Shown in pieces: positions 63,880-64,000 of a stretch of DNA of 64,000 nt. How positions within the stretch are numbered: the stretch's first letter is position 1; each line of letters starts with the position of its first letter. The position numbers and the translations under genes are program-made. Where the stretch lies: assembly GCF_963921235.1 (NCBI RefSeq), contig NC_086097.1, positions 51,276,001 to 51,340,000 on the forward strand. Direction: 5' to 3'. The stretch comes from Mobula hypostoma. Its lineage: Eukaryota. The notes beneath the pieces are model-generated. The model was not told the DNA's origin. It was given only the letters and a program-made list of their open reading frames with translations, and searched no databases.

Positions 63880-64000
63880 CCTGCCAGAGAGATCTTCTTG
63901 AAGGAGAGTCTGCAGTAGCACTGGAGCAACTTCCTGTAACTGCAGCATATGACAGAGGTCAGTCAGCTCCTCGCGGCCCAGTGACCCACAGCCAATGGTA
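63880..64000 (-). CDS. NIN: NIN first coding exon (3' part; start codon lies outside the window)
   Basis: Reads TIGCGSLGREELTDLCHMLQLQEVAPVLLQTLLQEDLSGR; donor AGG|GTAAGA at 63879-63874; ends in phase 0. Confidence 0.93.

Larger units (their letters stand above)
1..64000 (-). other. NIN: Ninein gene body (5' portion; the gene continues beyond both window ends)
   Basis: Five minus-strand exons splice in frame to give TIGCGSLGREELTDLCHMLQLQEVAPVLLQTLLQEDLSGR|VHFEQFKEALIFILST...YQEL|DSAEVQPKYVKDGKRYGRR...DDIE|NWKASTEREEYEAE|GQLGFWNPDD...GLQNVDAE. This matches the N-terminal EF-hand-like region of vertebrate ninein as I recall it (LTDLCHML, VHFDQFKEALI, QPKYV.GGKRYGRR, EEYEAEGQL.FWNPDD). Confidence 0.93.

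Noticed and set aside
2309..64000. Ninein-like (NINL) rather than NIN
   Set aside because: The motifs LTDLCHML, VHFEQFKEALI, WIEERLQ and CGLQNVD fit NIN better from memory. A reciprocal BLASTP would settle it.
1..64000. CRISPR arrays, operons or other prokaryotic systems
   Set aside because: The sequence is a spliced vertebrate locus, with no regularly spaced repeat-spacer array and no dense coding.

Overview
Vertebrate genomic DNA. The mix of CR1, Rex1, tRNA-SINE and Penelope-like repeats suggests a cartilaginous fish such as a ray or skate (inference). The whole window lies inside the 5' part of a ninein (NIN) gene on the minus strand. Five phase-compatible coding exons are visible (63880->64000 partial, 42273-42366, 25330-25487, 5548-5590, 2309-2499), all with GT donors and, where visible, AG acceptors, separated by introns of about 3-21 kb. 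The introns are packed with mobile DNA: CR1, Rex1/Babar, RTE, L1, an R4/Dong-type element, Penelope-like elements with hammerhead-ribozyme motifs, tRNA-SINEs, and Tigger/pogo, hAT and Harbinger transposons. Most listed ORFs are repeat remnants or chance ORFs. The most unusual items are (1) an rDNA fragment (28S 5' end plus a probable ITS2 end) fused to a retroelement 3' tail and nested inside a TA-flanked MITE, (2) a GC-rich, frame-compatible candidate NIN exon bracketed by a 16-bp direct repeat, (3) an R4/Dong element in the TAA-rich tract of a Rex1 3' UTR with a duplicated 3' end, (4) a locus-specific inverted duplication, and (5) a ~300-bp hairpin inside a Tigger derivative. All family assignments come from motif recognition, not database searches.
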